Assembly (NCBI GenBank): GCA_951406725.2
Contig: OX597829.1
Location: forward strand, 29,760,001-29,824,000
Source: Octopus vulgaris
Lineage: Eukaryota
Direction: 5' to 3'
DNA length: 64,000 bases
In this document: positions 23,455-36,340 of the stretch, in pieces
Position numbering within the stretch: the first letter of the stretch is position 1
Layout: each line of letters opens with the position of its first letter
The notes under the pieces: model-generated
Database searches by the model: none
Seen by the model: only the letters and a program-made list of their open reading frames with translations
Told to the model about the DNA's origin: nothing
Position numbers and translations under genes: made by a program

Positions 23455-24666
23455 AGACGTGACGCCCTTATAATCATTAAAATTTATTTAAATCTGAAAT
23501 TATACATTCAAATTGTTTATCAGATATTGTGAATATCTAATATTTAGTAGACATGTCCTTTGTGTTGTTCAACGCAAGGACCTTATTAGGCATGCCACTG
23601 ATCAGATGACGAATATTCTCTTGTGGAATTTCTTGCCAAATTTCATGCAATAATCTCAAAAGATTTGGCTTTGAGGATGCTTTCTTGTTCTTTTTATGAA
23701 CTGTCCTGTCCATTATGTTCCAAAGGTGTTCAATAGGGTTCATATCTGGTGACTGTTTGGCCATGGAAGCTTTTTAATGCTATTCTCTTCTAACCAATCT
23801 TGGGTCTTTTTAGCTGTATGACAAGGAGCCCCATCTTCCATAAATAGTCTTTTTAAATTATTTCCCCACTGGAAAGATTGGAAGGAGTCCTCTCTGCAAA
23901 ATGGACACATATTTATCTGTGTTTATGTTTCCCTCACACTCCACCAGCTCTGATCAACCATTGCTCCAAATTGCTCCCCAGACCATCTGTATTTCATTTT
24001 TGGCTGCAAGCTTTTCATGTCAAATTTTTGATCATAGAGTCTCTAAACCCACACTCAACCACTGCCAGAAAATACAGCAAATTTGAACTCATCAGAGAAT
24101 ATGACGGTGTCCCTAAATACTAGTGGCCTCTCCACCATTTCACTGGCCCAATCTTGTCTCCACTTGATATTGGATGGTTGAAGAAGTGGTTTCCCTCTTG
24201 CTGCTCTGCCATAGTAGCCAAGTTTGTGGAGATACCTGACAGCTATTCTGTGACTAATATCAACTTGTTCTGCTGTATCGGAGATTTGCAATAAGGATTA
24301 TCCTCCACACTTCTCTTAAATGAAAGGTCTTGTCAGAGGGCCCTGGTCAACTTGGGCAAAGTGATGTGGGTGCCTTCCCCTATCCAGTGAATTGCACAAT
24401 CACTCAATTAACTGCAGAAAGTGGAATCCCAAGGTTTTCTGTGATTTTATGCTGACTAAGTCCACCTTCAGATTGACCCACAATAAGGCTTCTAGGCTCC
24501 TTTCCAAAGTTTCTTTTGTACATGTTTTGTACATGGCATAATTAAGCAGTCACATATAGAACCTGAAACATTAAAATGTCAATTAATAACAACTATAACC
24601 CATTTTGAGTTAAAATAAACATAAAACAATATTTTATGAGGTGTCTATTTACTTCTGTCGTGAGTG
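23455..24666 (-). mobile_element. Tc1-like (DD34E) transposon remnant
   Basis: GYYGRAARGKPLL..VIFSDEFKF, MEDGAPCH (reverse of tgacaaggagccccatcttccat), QSPDMNPIEHLW; right terminus reads tacactcacgacagaagtaaatag on the minus strand. Confidence 0.85.
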
Positions 24667-24904
24667 TATGTGTCTGTGTGTGTATAAAATATGATGTGTC
24701 TTAAATGGCACAACAAAGCTCTATAACTACAACTATGAACTATAATAGCTTATAATTTAATCATCCATAGTCAGACTATGGATGATTAAATTATAACAGT
24801 AATTATTGTCCATTGTTGTTATTATAGTGCATTGTTGTGCCTTTCAAAACACATTATATTTTACAAACAATACACAATACTTCAAGCGAACTACAATACT
24901 CTCC

Positions 24905-24936
<32 letters not shown>

Positions 24937-25049
24937 TGTATGTATGTATGTATGTATGTATGTATGTATGTATGTATGTATGTATGTATGTATGTATGTA
25001 TGTATATAAATATATATATATAATGATGAATTCCAATATTCTAAATCCA

Positions 25050-25660
25050 TGAGGGTGGCTGGATCTAACTCACTCTTGCAGCAACCACTCTCACACCATC
25101 TCGCCTGATTTTGGGCATCCTCCCTCCTCAAGCCAACCATCCCAATCTCCTACCCCTCTCCCCTCCACGTTTTCTTTGGTCAACCTCGCTTTCGCAGTTC
25201 ATTCACTTTAAACTCAAGCACTCTCCTCAGAATAGGATCCTCATCTCTCCTCAACACATGTCCATACCACTGCACTCCATTCACCCATGCCAGCTGTTTC
25301 ACTGATTCCTCCAACTGCAGTATCCCCATCAAGTCCTCAGCCCTCATTTTATCCAATAGTTTCACATCACACATTGCTCTCACCATTGCTCTCTTGTCCT
25401 CAAAATTGCTAATTTGCTTTCCCTCAGACACTATGGCTCACTCCCATACAACATTACAAATCTCATGCACCTCCAATAAACCCTTCCTTTCATCTTCAAG
25501 GAGAACCTTTACCCATATAATAATGCTTCACATCCCCTGAACTTCACCCAGCCAAGTCTCACTCTTGCTGTTACAGCTGCTTCACATTCACTACTTACAT
25601 CCAATCTATCTCCCAAATTACAAAACCCTCTCACCATTTCCACCTTGTCACATAGCATCT
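25050..25660 (-). mobile_element. Old RTE LINE 3' fragment
   Basis: RAMVRAMCDVKLLDK..VQWYGHVLRRDED.ILRR..RKRG; upstream WVKFR motif. Confidence 0.75.
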
Positions 25661-25994
25661 TTACTAGTTCTGCCAGCCTTCTGGCAGAACTAGTAGAGAA
25701 CAGAGGGAACAGAAGAAGGAAGGGAGAAAGTCTACAATTAAGTGTTAGAAGACAAGAGAGATGAGGAAATAGGGATGCTAGGAAAGGAATATTAAGACAT
25801 GAGATAAAGAAAGAAAGGATCGCAAAAAAATGTATACAAACTTACTGTTAACAAAAGTTGGGATGCATGGCATTCAGTTATTCCATAAGTGAAAAATGCA
25901 TTAAATACTACAAAACATACACATAGGACAGACACCAGAACCCTAATACTTCATCAGTTATCAACCAAAAGTATTATATATATATATATGTGTA

Positions 25995-26205
25995 GCGAGA
26001 GTTTACGAAAAAAAAACAAAAGACGAAGACAGGTGGTGTACAAAACAAACAGATGTATTAGTATAACACTCAGGAATAGAAAAAGTCTTATATGTTTCGA
26101 GCCTACGCTCTTCTACAGAAAGAGACACAGAAAAAACAAAGAGAGAAAAAAATGTGTGTTGTGGCTAATGATCTATCATGGCGTCTGACTCGAACAGAAG
26201 TGTCA
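25995..26205. repeat. Short dispersed repeat (aagacgaagacaggtggt family), possibly Penelope pLTR-derived
   Basis: Homologous to 30330-30516 and partly to 26715-26850; all three are flanked by TA microsatellites. Confidence 0.6.
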
Positions 26206-26898
26206 CATATATATGTGTGCGTGTGTGTGGTAAATACCCAAGCGAAGTGTATACCACAGGCTACTCTTCAGGCCAAGGATGTCTTGATTCTGATTGAGTC
26301 CATGTGTAGACATGTACCATGTAAAAATGTACCTCCTTGTCATAATGTAAACTTTCATATACTCAAGATATTCTTGGACTGAAGAGTAGCCTGTGGTATA
26401 CACCTCACTTGGATATTTACCACTTCTAATGTTCCACTTGCTATGAAACAAATGTAGCCCAGATCTTATCTACTCCATTCCTTAATCCTTATGTTCTTAT
26501 TCACATACCTGGCAAACCTTGTTGCCTACCATGAAATATAAAAAGAAGTTTTTTCAGTTTACTGTACTTTGATACAAAAAAATTTGCAACCTTCCATCTC
26601 AATAAACCATTATTGTCCCTGAAAGTTGTTTCTTTATATTTACTACTGATTGCTTGAAGCTAACTTTCTTCCTACACCTCGATCCCCAGATATATATATC
26701 TGGATGTGGAACAAGTATAATGTTATTGGACGCTCAGGAAAGGAAAGAAAGAAGGAGGAATTAACGTTTTGAGCGGAGCTCTTCGACAGAAACATAGGAA
26801 AAGGAAAGATCCAAGGAAGAGAAGACGGAGAAAGAAAATCGCCAACAATACACACACGGTCACACACACACGCGTGTGTGTGTTTGTATGTGTATGTA

Positions 26899-26930
<32 letters not shown>

Positions 26931-27738
26931 CATGCATATATGGATACAGGACGTCACCAACAGTGCAAATAACATGAAATATGTCAACATATGTGTATAT
27001 ATATACACAACAAGCTTCTTTCATTTTTCCTCTACTAAATCTGCTCAGAGAATTTCTCAGAGAATTAGCATATTTTTTTACCTACTTTGATGAAAGTTGC
27101 TATTTAGACCTAAAACTTAAATATACAATAAATGTAACCATTTGCAACAACTTGATAGGACTGTGCAGACTGTACACTTACAACTGATCTGTTTTTTGCT
27201 TTTGTGTATGTAATGGTTTGAAGAGCTGTGTGGGGGTGAGGTTTGTACCAAATAGAAATAAAAAAAAGAAGAAAAAACTTGTATGTCCACTTGAGAATTC
27301 AGTTGTTGTGCATAGAGGAAAACTCTGTAGCTGTCCAATTGCTGTGTTAAGAGGAAATGCAAACAGAGAATCACCTTTGTAATTAATTCAAAGAATTTGA
27401 TGCATCACCCTATCCTAATATAGAATTTTCATATAAAAAATACATGTGAAAATATTGTGTCTCCCGGCGCCAAATATGGTGCCATCTTCACAAGGTATTA
27501 GCACTAGAATAAACAAAAAAATATTATTTTAAGAGTTACCTCCAAAAATATGCTAAAATGATCCAGTACAAATTCAAACTTGTAATTGAAACTTGTACCT
27601 CCTTTGTATTAAGAAAACAAGAGAAGAAAAATCTTTCCTTTCAGAAGCTAAACCTTACTAGAGATATTCATGACAAACCAATTTCATTACAAGAGAGTTA
27701 ATTGTGGTATGCCTTGTTGGAAGCTTGTTGCCATTACC

Positions 27739-28340
27739 AGCATCATGAATTGATCAGAAGTACAGAGCAAAGCACAACAAACATTGATGTTGAAGGGGTA
27801 ACAAAAAAACAAAAAAAATCAGCTGTTGTAGTCCAGAAAGACCAAGTCGTTTTGTAGGACATGAAGTTTTTGCATTGCAAGATTTGACAGGATCTACTGA
27901 TTGGAAGATTGGAACCAGCATGATAGCCAGAATAATGCAAAACTGAATACTTATGTAAGAAATAATATTTGAATATTTCCCTGGATAATAAACTGAAAGA
28001 AAAAAATTCAATGAAGTGTTCCTTATTATGTCTAAGACAGTGAGAAAGAGTTATTGTGTATCTTTTCACTTGCTATCACAGATCTGGAAATTGGAAATTT
28101 TGAATTCAAGTGAAAATTTTGGAATTTGGTATGTTGATGTAATATTTCATGCTTAATCTGAATTTTGGACTCATTTATTCCCAGGAAAATTTAGAAAAAT
28201 GTTACAGAAGTTCAACGTTTAATACTTTGGAGCAATTCTTGCTTCCAATCAGGAAACAGAAATTGGTCTTTGCTGGATTGCAACAGCTGATTTTTTTGTT
28301 ATCCCTTCAACATCAATGCTTCTAATCAATTCATGATGCC
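27739..28340. mobile_element. Foldback/MITE-like element
   Basis: Inverted arms gcatcatgaattga..cattgatgttgaagggg.taacaaaaaaa..tcagctgttg..aaagaccaa and ttggtcttt..caacagctgatttttttgttatcccttcaacatcaatg..tcaattcatgatgc. Confidence 0.6.
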
Positions 28341-28649
28341 ATTATCTGCATGATATCTGTCTGTCACAAACTGACAAACAAAAATAACATGGGCACAACC
28401 TGATATCGCTCATGCATACTTGTGGTGGTGGTGGTGGTGGTGGTGGTTGCAGTGATGAAAATAGCAGACTACAGCTTTAACTGTTACTATGGAAATATAC
28501 ACCAATGTGAGGTTTACAGGCATGTGTATAATGATGACTTTTGATTGGCTAAAATTATCCCAAATTTGAAAACTTTAAAAGTTATTAACTTTTTATCTAT
28601 TAATCTATGGCCAAGATAAATTTCATTTTCATGAGTTAATACTAACTCA

Positions 28650-29050
28650 GTTCTAGAGCCAGCATGATTATCCAGAAGTGATGGGAAGAGACTAGATGGT
28701 CTTACCCTCTGCCCCTGGGTAAGAGGTTGATGCCTAATCTGGGACACCACAGTCTGTGAATCCTTTGTTCCCTCCCACATCCTGGATGCTGCAGTAAATG
28801 GGAGGATCACTGCTTCCCAAGCTGAATAGGAAAAATCCTTTAGTATTAGGACTTGTCAGTGAATCATTTCTTCCAGTTTGTTGTGTTTCAAAAGTTTAGG
28901 GGGCTGGATCACTAATAACAAAGGTTTTATCATTATTGGCATCTTGCCTTACCTAGGTGTTAGGTGATGTCTGTGAGGCTGCTTGGCAGTTTCAATGCCT
29001 TAACCTTGCCATCGCCCATGGTAATGCTGCAAGTATGTTGGCTTGCTTCA
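28650..29050 (+). mobile_element. CRE-clade non-LTR retrotransposon endonuclease remnant
   Basis: VLEPA*LSRSDGKRLDGLTLCPWVRG*CLIWDTTV..ASQAE*EK..QCLNLAIAHGNAASML, compared with the CRE-type pattern DGKRPDG..WDxT..QRLS.AxQRGNA. Confidence 0.75.
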
Positions 29051-29674
29051 GTAGGTTCCATTGAATCTTGTGGTGTGTGACCAATTGAGGCACTTGGTGT
29101 TGAATTGATGTTTTTTCTTCCCTTTTCTTCATTTCTTCCTCTTTTCCATTCTTTCTTCACTCATGCTTATGTTTTCTTCAATTTTGGATTTGTATTTTAA
29201 TGTGGTTTTGTATACAAAATTTGAAAAAAAATTGAAAAAATACAAAATCTGTGACTGCAACTGAAAGGATCTGTTATTTCAGATGCTAACCGATCAACTG
29301 AGGATGAGTCATGTATGTTTCATACATGCTATAGCTGGCTGCATCAATTCTAGATAAGGTGGTTTCTTGTGCGTAACAATTTTGCATTGAAATTATTATT
29401 ACTAAGTGGTTGTGTAGCAATGGTTATTCCTGTACATCTGAAATATTTTCTTTCACCAGCTGCTTGCAGGGCCTAAAATATTTATCCACTAGGAAAGATT
29501 AAAAAAATATGCACTCTTTATGAGTTAAATACGATTTATTTATTTGTTTATCTATTTTTGAAATTCTCAAGTATGGACCTCCTTTTAGTCTGAAATGTCC
29601 ATTCCTTACAGAAGAGCAAGAATGCGATTTGACTATTAAATGGAAAGTGTGTATGTTGTGGATGGATTGTGAAT

Positions 29675-29975
29675 AGGCATGGCTGTGTGGTAAGAAGCTT
29701 CCTTCCCAACCATGTGGTTCTGGGTTCAGTCCCATTGTATGGCACCTTGGGCAAGTGCCTTCTGCTATAGCTTTTGGTTGACCAAAGCTTTGTGAGTGGA
29801 TTTGGTAGAGAGAAACTGAAAGTAGCCTGGTGTGTGTGTGTGTTTGTCCCCTACCACTACTTGACAACTGGTGTGGTTATGTCCCTGTAACTTGGCGGTT
29901 TGGCATAAGAGGCTGATAGAATAAGTTCTAGGCTTGAAAAATATAAGTCCTGGGGTCGATTCGTTTGACTGGAAG
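29675..29975 (+). mobile_element. GTAAAAGA-tail tRNA SINE (3' truncated)
   Basis: ggcatggctgtgtggtaagaagctt..gggttcagtccc..caccttgggcaagtg. Confidence 0.75.
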
Positions 29976-30013
29976 AATAACACGTAACAACCTAATGATA
30001 TGTCTTCTTTTAC

Positions 30014-30097
30014 TCCTCTGACGAGATTTTGCCCAATAAAATGTTTTGATTACTAGAATTTAATTCATTTTGGGCAAAATTGAAACAGCTGTATGTC
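30014..30097 (+). ncRNA. Hammerhead-like motif with long stem II and disrupted stem I
   Basis: CTGACGA-gattttgccca...tgggcaaaatt-GAAA-cagctg-TA. Confidence 0.5.
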
Positions 30098-30512
30098 AAC
30101 ATGTTGAATTTTTGCAGTTAATAAATTATATTAATGCTACTTCTCCATTTCTCCATTTTCTGGATTTTAATTTGAATATTTATAAACCAAGATTTATACT
30201 TAAACCTATTATTTTAGAAATATTACTATTCACAACAAAATAATAGGTAACTAGCCAGTAATTCATTTGATATTTTCTGTCCCTTAAGGTGGTTATTTTA
30301 TCCTCTATTCAAATTTATTTAATATATATATAGGGAGAATTCAGGAAAAAAACAGAAGACGAAGACAGGTGGTATAGAAAACAAACAGGTGTATTAGTAT
30401 AACGCTCAGGAATTGAAAAAGTCTTTTACGTTTTGAGCCTATACTCTTCTACAGAAAGGAACACAGAAAGAAAAAAAGAGAGAAAAAGAATGTGTGTAGG
30501 GGCCACTGATCT

Positions 30513-30594
<82 letters not shown>

Positions 30595-30780
30595 ACATAC
30601 ATATATATATTATGTATGTATGTATATATGAAGTCTGATCATATGTGTATATATATATATATATATATGATAGATCGGTAGCCACTACACACATTTTTTT
30701 CTCTCCTTGTTTCTTTCTGTACATACATATATATATATTATGTATGTAGGTATGTATATATGAAGTCTGATCATATGTGC

Positions 30781-30827
<47 letters not shown>

Positions 30828-31439
30828 GTGTGTGTGTGTGTGTGTGTATAGTGATGTTGTACAATCCTAATCCTAATCCTAATAATGGATTAGGAATCCA
30901 TGTCTGACTGTAAGGATATATATTATTTTATTTGGAAACAGATAAGGGTTAGCAACAGGAAGGGCATCCAGCCATAGAAAAATCAGCCTCAACAAATTAT
31001 CTCTGACCCATGTAAGCATGGAAAAATGGAAGTTAAATGATGGTGATGATGATGGTAGTGGTGGTAGTGATGCCAATACTCTGCTGCTGTCATCACCACT
31101 TATGATGATGGTGCCAATACAGGCACCAGTGACATTTCATATAATAGCAAAAAGTAGACTTCCATATCAATTAGAAATATTGCCTGGTCAGTCTACCATT
31201 AAATATAGTTTCCTTATACATGGTCCTAATTTAATGTAATTGGTTTTTTTGTCTGACATTGTAAATGTGATGATATTGAATGAAAATTCATATTTGTGGA
31301 ATATTTTTGTTAATGGAATAAGGTTAAAATAGAAACTGTACACAATGTAATGTTTCTTAGCTGTTCAAAAATCCCAAATTGATTTAAGGACAGAGGGTGA
31401 GGTGGGGCTTGTCAATTTTACTGTGTCTTATAATATTTT

Positions 31440-31652
31440 GGCTTCAAATTTTGGCACTAAGCCAGCAACTTCAGAAGAGGAGGTAAGTCAATTACATCAA
31501 CCCCAGTGCTCAACTGGTACTCATTTTATCAACCTCAAAATGATGAAAGCTCAAGTTCACTTCAGTGGAATTTGAACTTGGAATGTAAGGACAGTCAAAG
31601 TGCTGCTAAGCATTTTACCTGGCATGCTAACAGTTCTGCCAGCTCACCACTT
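31440..31652 (-). mobile_element. Meta/MESC-like SINE
   Basis: Reverse homology to 48527-48742. Confidence 0.65.
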
Positions 31653-33178
31653 TACTGTAATATTCTAACTTTTTTAACCAATCTTATTTATCAGCTAAAT
31701 AATAATTGAGCTTATTTATTGTATGAAGGAGTTTAGGACATTGAAACACAGAAATAAAATGGCAAATCTATTAATTACAATTCATCAAAAATTAAGCAAG
31801 TCTACTCATTTACTAGTGCCATTTCATTGAATAACTGTAATATTTTTTTAAATTTTAAAGTGCATTGGATCTCAAAATATTTCTAGTTTTGGACCAGTTT
31901 TATAAGAAAAGGTGGGTGTATGATGTTAATTTACAAACATGGTGAACTTGATAAAACATGTCTATGGGCATATGGTCCAGGTGTTAGGTGAGTGATAGGT
32001 GATAAAATAGTGCTTGTTGTTAGTGGAGGTTAACTATAAATGGTACAGACTGATGAAGGTATGGGTATGAAGATCTCAAGGTGTTGTAGATGTGATAAAA
32101 TGTTGTTGTCTTTATTGTAACTGTTGCTGTTGCTTGTTGTTGTTGTTGTTAAGCAACAAGACGGGTAAGGGTGATTAGGTGATGGTGGAGGGCTTAGGGT
32201 CAGGAGACCCCAGACCTTGGCAAAAAAAAAAGCTTTGGTCATCTTGTTGTAGTCAAAGGCTTTCGTTGACGCTCGACACCACTGGGAGGTGGCCCTCGAA
32301 GTCGCTGGAAATGGAGATCTCCAGGTCCAAATTCTTGAATGGCTGCTGCTGCTGCTGCTTTCATTGTAGTAGGGGTCATTGTCATCATTGCTGCTATCTA
32401 CACCACTGTTATTGCTGGTCATTGTTGTTGCTATTGTGCTCTGTGAAGGTGGAAACAGTGGAGCTGTCATTGTCACCAACATTAGTTTTCAGCAGTGGTA
32501 TTAGTGGTGTTGTTTTACTCCAGTTCAGCCCTGATTGTGTAAATCTATGATTAAAGAGTATTGCAGCTGTGATCTCCTATCAACTCTTTCACCTTGGATC
32601 ACACTATCTAATGTTTTCCTGTTTGAAAACAATAAGACGTGATTTGAGGCAGATGAGACAGCTATTTCTGGAGGATTGAGTAACCATCTAGAGGTTTCTT
32701 TGCTGATGCAGGATTGAAACATGTGGTAACTCAGAGGAAATACTAACACAAAGTCCCAGCTTACTCTACTGCATCAAAGGCCCGAAAAGTACCCTCTTCC
32801 AGTTTCTTGCCTTCTGTTTATAGCCACATAGTCAGAGTAAGTCTATTTAATCTCATTAATCCTACCTTTGTCATTTACCTTTCATAAAATGCATCAGAGA
32901 CCAGAGAGGAAAAGCTCTGTCCTCAATTCTCATATCTTTTGACTGTACCCACCACACAACTTCCTTTGTTATAACCACCTAGCAGATGAAAACTCACTAC
33001 TCTCCTTTGCCAACAGATGCCAGCAAGCTGATTTTCTCAATAGACTCTGAATTTGTCAAGTATGTGATATTAGCTGTTTGCTACAAACCCACAAGCTGGT
33101 AATGCACAGACACCAAACAAATGCGTATAGAATGAGCTAGTTACTAGCTCAAAAGTATTTAAGTTTACTAACTTTTGG

Positions 33179-33866
33179 GGATCTTTACCTTTTGACCTAC
33201 AGATTTAAAAAATAATTTTTTGTAACTAAACACTTTCAAACTTCGGACACTGGTCATATAAAACATCTTTTACTCTTAACATTTGTAAGAAAAAATGAAG
33301 TTATTTCATGTTAAAGTCCTCATATTTCAGCAATTTCAACCAATCAATGATGTGTATTCAGCTGGATAAAATTACTGCTGTTGTTTGTCAACAAGAACTT
33401 TCGGTGGGGTATATTTCGTTTGTCACTGTTATTTATGACAACCCTAACCCTAACCCTAAAACCTTAACCCTAAAACCCTAACCCTAAAACACTAATCCTA
33501 ACACCCTAACTCTAACCCTAAAACCCTATCCCTAACTGTAAAACCCTAACCCTAAAACCTTAAAACCTGTACAAACGTACGAATGATGTCATAAATAACA
33601 GTGATAAATGAAAAATACGCCTCCGATAGTTGTTGTTGACAAACAACAGCAGTAATTTTATTCAACTGAATACACGTCATTGATTGGTTGAAATAACCAA
33701 AATACGAGAACTTTAATGTGAAATAACTTCATAAATATAAGTTTTTCTCAAAAATGCTAAGAGTAAAAGATGTTTTATATGACACATTCTACCAGTGTCC
33801 GAAGTTCGAAAGTGTTTAGTTACAAAAAATTATTTTTTAAATCTGTAGGTCAAAAGGTAAAGATCC
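33179..33866. mobile_element. Non-autonomous DNA transposon with TIRs of about 260 bp, central (TAACCC)n and 8-bp TSD
   Basis: TIR GGATCTTTACCTTTTGACCTACAGATTTAAAAAATAATTTTTTGTAACTAAACACTTTC; TSD ACTTTTGG at 33171-33178 and 33867-33874; taaccc/taaaaccc units at about 33440-33567. Confidence 0.9.
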
Positions 33867-34982
33867 ACTTTTGGAAATTGTCCACAATCTCTGACATAAA
33901 AACCTCAAGTATGGACTACTTTACACTCTTCAGGAATAACCAGAACCATTCCCAAGCCATGATTTTTCATATTCACAACTAACCCTCCACTGATTAATTG
34001 TTCTAGCTTATGTTAGGATAAGTCAGTTGGTTAGCATGTTACCTTGAGACTACTTCAGTATGGAACCAATCATCTCAAGTTTTGAAATGTCCAGAAACAT
34101 AATGGTTAGATTGTCTACATAAGCAAGCATGGTAGTCTTGCATGCCACTTCAAGAGGGATGACCCTCGATGTTTCCAACCTCCATGATATTGACTCCAGT
34201 ACCAAAACGTAAAGGAGAGAGGGAAGAGGACATCATTGTTGGACCAAACAATAAGCAAAACAGTTCCAATAACTGGCCACTTTGACTAGATATCACACTG
34301 ATTTTTTGTAATCCAGTCTCTGATCATTAGAACAAAACTGGCTGCTCTTAGGAGAATTGCTAGATAGCAATTATTGATACAAATTTACCAATAGCCACCA
34401 AAGATAGATCTGTTCTTGATGTACTCCATGAGGTGTTTACATAAGGTAGATATTGTAATTGAGAGATCTTCTAGGGGAGCACATAAGTTTGCACATTAAC
34501 AATACAGACATGTGTTAACCAGTTAGTGTGTCACCTTTTCAAAAACATTGAAACCTGTCTTTAGCAACATTATGAATTTTAGAGTTGTCCTTTATGAACC
34601 CCGTATTTGGGTCCTTTCTCAGCAAGCTGCACCATTTCCTGGCTCACATGATTGACTTACAAACGCTTCCAGTCTGCAGTCAGTTTTAGTAGATAGTCAC
34701 AAAAACAGTGGTGAAAATACCTGACATGTAGCAACATAGTGTGTAGGGCTGCTTACCTACCCTTTGGATCTATGAAGATTGTATTTTCCTCTCTCCAGAT
34801 CCATGCCTATTTGAAACAACACTACCAACTCCCTTGATACTGATTAGATGGTCTCATTGATAGATATCGCATCCATTTTTAATAACCAGAAATCATCCAA
34901 CAGGTGTCTCTGATTGCATGCTGACTATAGACCGCATGCATATGCATACCCCGATCATTTATAATTGGATATGTTCCTGTCA

Positions 34983-34984
34983 GA

Positions 34985-35034
<50 letters not shown>

Positions 35035-35061
35035 GTCTGTCTGTCTGTCTGTCTATCTGTG

Positions 35062-35094
<33 letters not shown>

Positions 35095-35101
35095 GTCTGT
35101 C

Positions 35102-35132
<31 letters not shown>

Positions 35133-35270
35133 CTACCTACCTATCTATATATCAGTCTGTCTGTCTGTTTATCTATCTACCTGTTTGTCTGTCTGTTTGT
35201 CCGTCCTTCCATGTCTGTTCATCTGTCCGCCTATCTAGCTAGTTGTCTGTCTGTCTGTCTACCTAGCTGT
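34983..35270. repeat. (TATC)n/(TGTC)n microsatellite
   Basis: Directly visible. Confidence 0.9.
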
Positions 35271-35571
35271 ATCAATATATATATGTGTGAATGGAGACAA
35301 TGTAGATTAGAGGAGACTCCTTGGCCTTGTCAGAGATAACATCTCTAAAGCCAGTGACATGACAAAATTCACTATATAGTAAATTCCCATCACCAACCAA
35401 TTCACTTCATAGTAAATTAGTTGGTGATAGGAGTGGCACACACTAAATAATATAAAAACATTAACTAAGAATACTAAGATAATTTCAAGGTGTGATTTAC
35501 ACCTGGTAACTTTTCAACAGATTGGTGCAGCCTAGAAATTGACGCTGCTACCAACTGTAATATATTTATTA

Positions 35572-36084
35572 CCGTAAATCCTCGAGTATAATTCGCATTT
35601 TTTCCCCAAAATTTAAAGATCAAAATCCCTACTGCATACTATATACGAGGTTAAAAATGAAAAATATTTTCTAAGCAATGTCTGAGTCACTATTTGCTGT
35701 CCGGCAATTTTTATTCAGACGCATTTTGTGACGTCAGGCGTGAAAATACCTTAATCTAAGCCTGAAAGCAATGAAGTCATAAAAGAATCATCCATAACTT
35801 GCAGTAAGCAACATTTATTAAATGTTATTACTGTTATTTCTTTATTTTCTGCGAGCAAAATGCACAAAAAAGCTACATGTTTGCATTATGTTATATATAC
35901 AATAATAAAAAAGGATGTTACCGTATACATTTTTACAAACCAAAGACGTTATATAGACATCCTTGACTCAAGGTAGAGAAGGGGTGCATATTATACACAA
36001 GGTTTAGGTTTTTCAGAGGTACAGCCCCCCTAAAAATCCCCTGTGTATTATACTCAAGGGCGGACTATACTCAAGGATTTACGG
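35572..36084. mobile_element. pogo/Tigger-like MITE
   Basis: TIRs CCGTAAATCCTCGAGTATA and TATACTCAAGGATTTACGG, TA on both sides, no coding capacity. Confidence 0.85.
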
Positions 36085-36089
36085 TATAT

Positions 36090-36340
36090 GGTTTATTCTG
36101 CTCAAGGAGATGAGAGGCTTTTTGAAAGCAGCAGACTGTTTGAAAGAAATAGCCACAAAACAAAAAGATACTGTCATTTAAGAAGGCCTTCATGGATGAC
36201 TTGACCCTCTTATCTGTAGCTCAGCAATTATTCATGTCTTTTCAAGGCTAGATCAGTTGATAACATAGCCAAGTGGTCAAGGGTACAGTTCAAGTAAAAA
36301 AAGTAACAAACATTTAAGAAAGTAAAATTTATGAAAGTGA
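36090..36340 (+). mobile_element. HERO-like RT remnant
   Basis: KKAFMDDLTLLS...RLDQLIT..KWSRVQFK. Confidence 0.5.

Noticed and set aside
33440-33567. True telomere or chromosome-fusion site
   Set aside because: Short, degenerate, single orientation, and enclosed by TIRs with a TSD.
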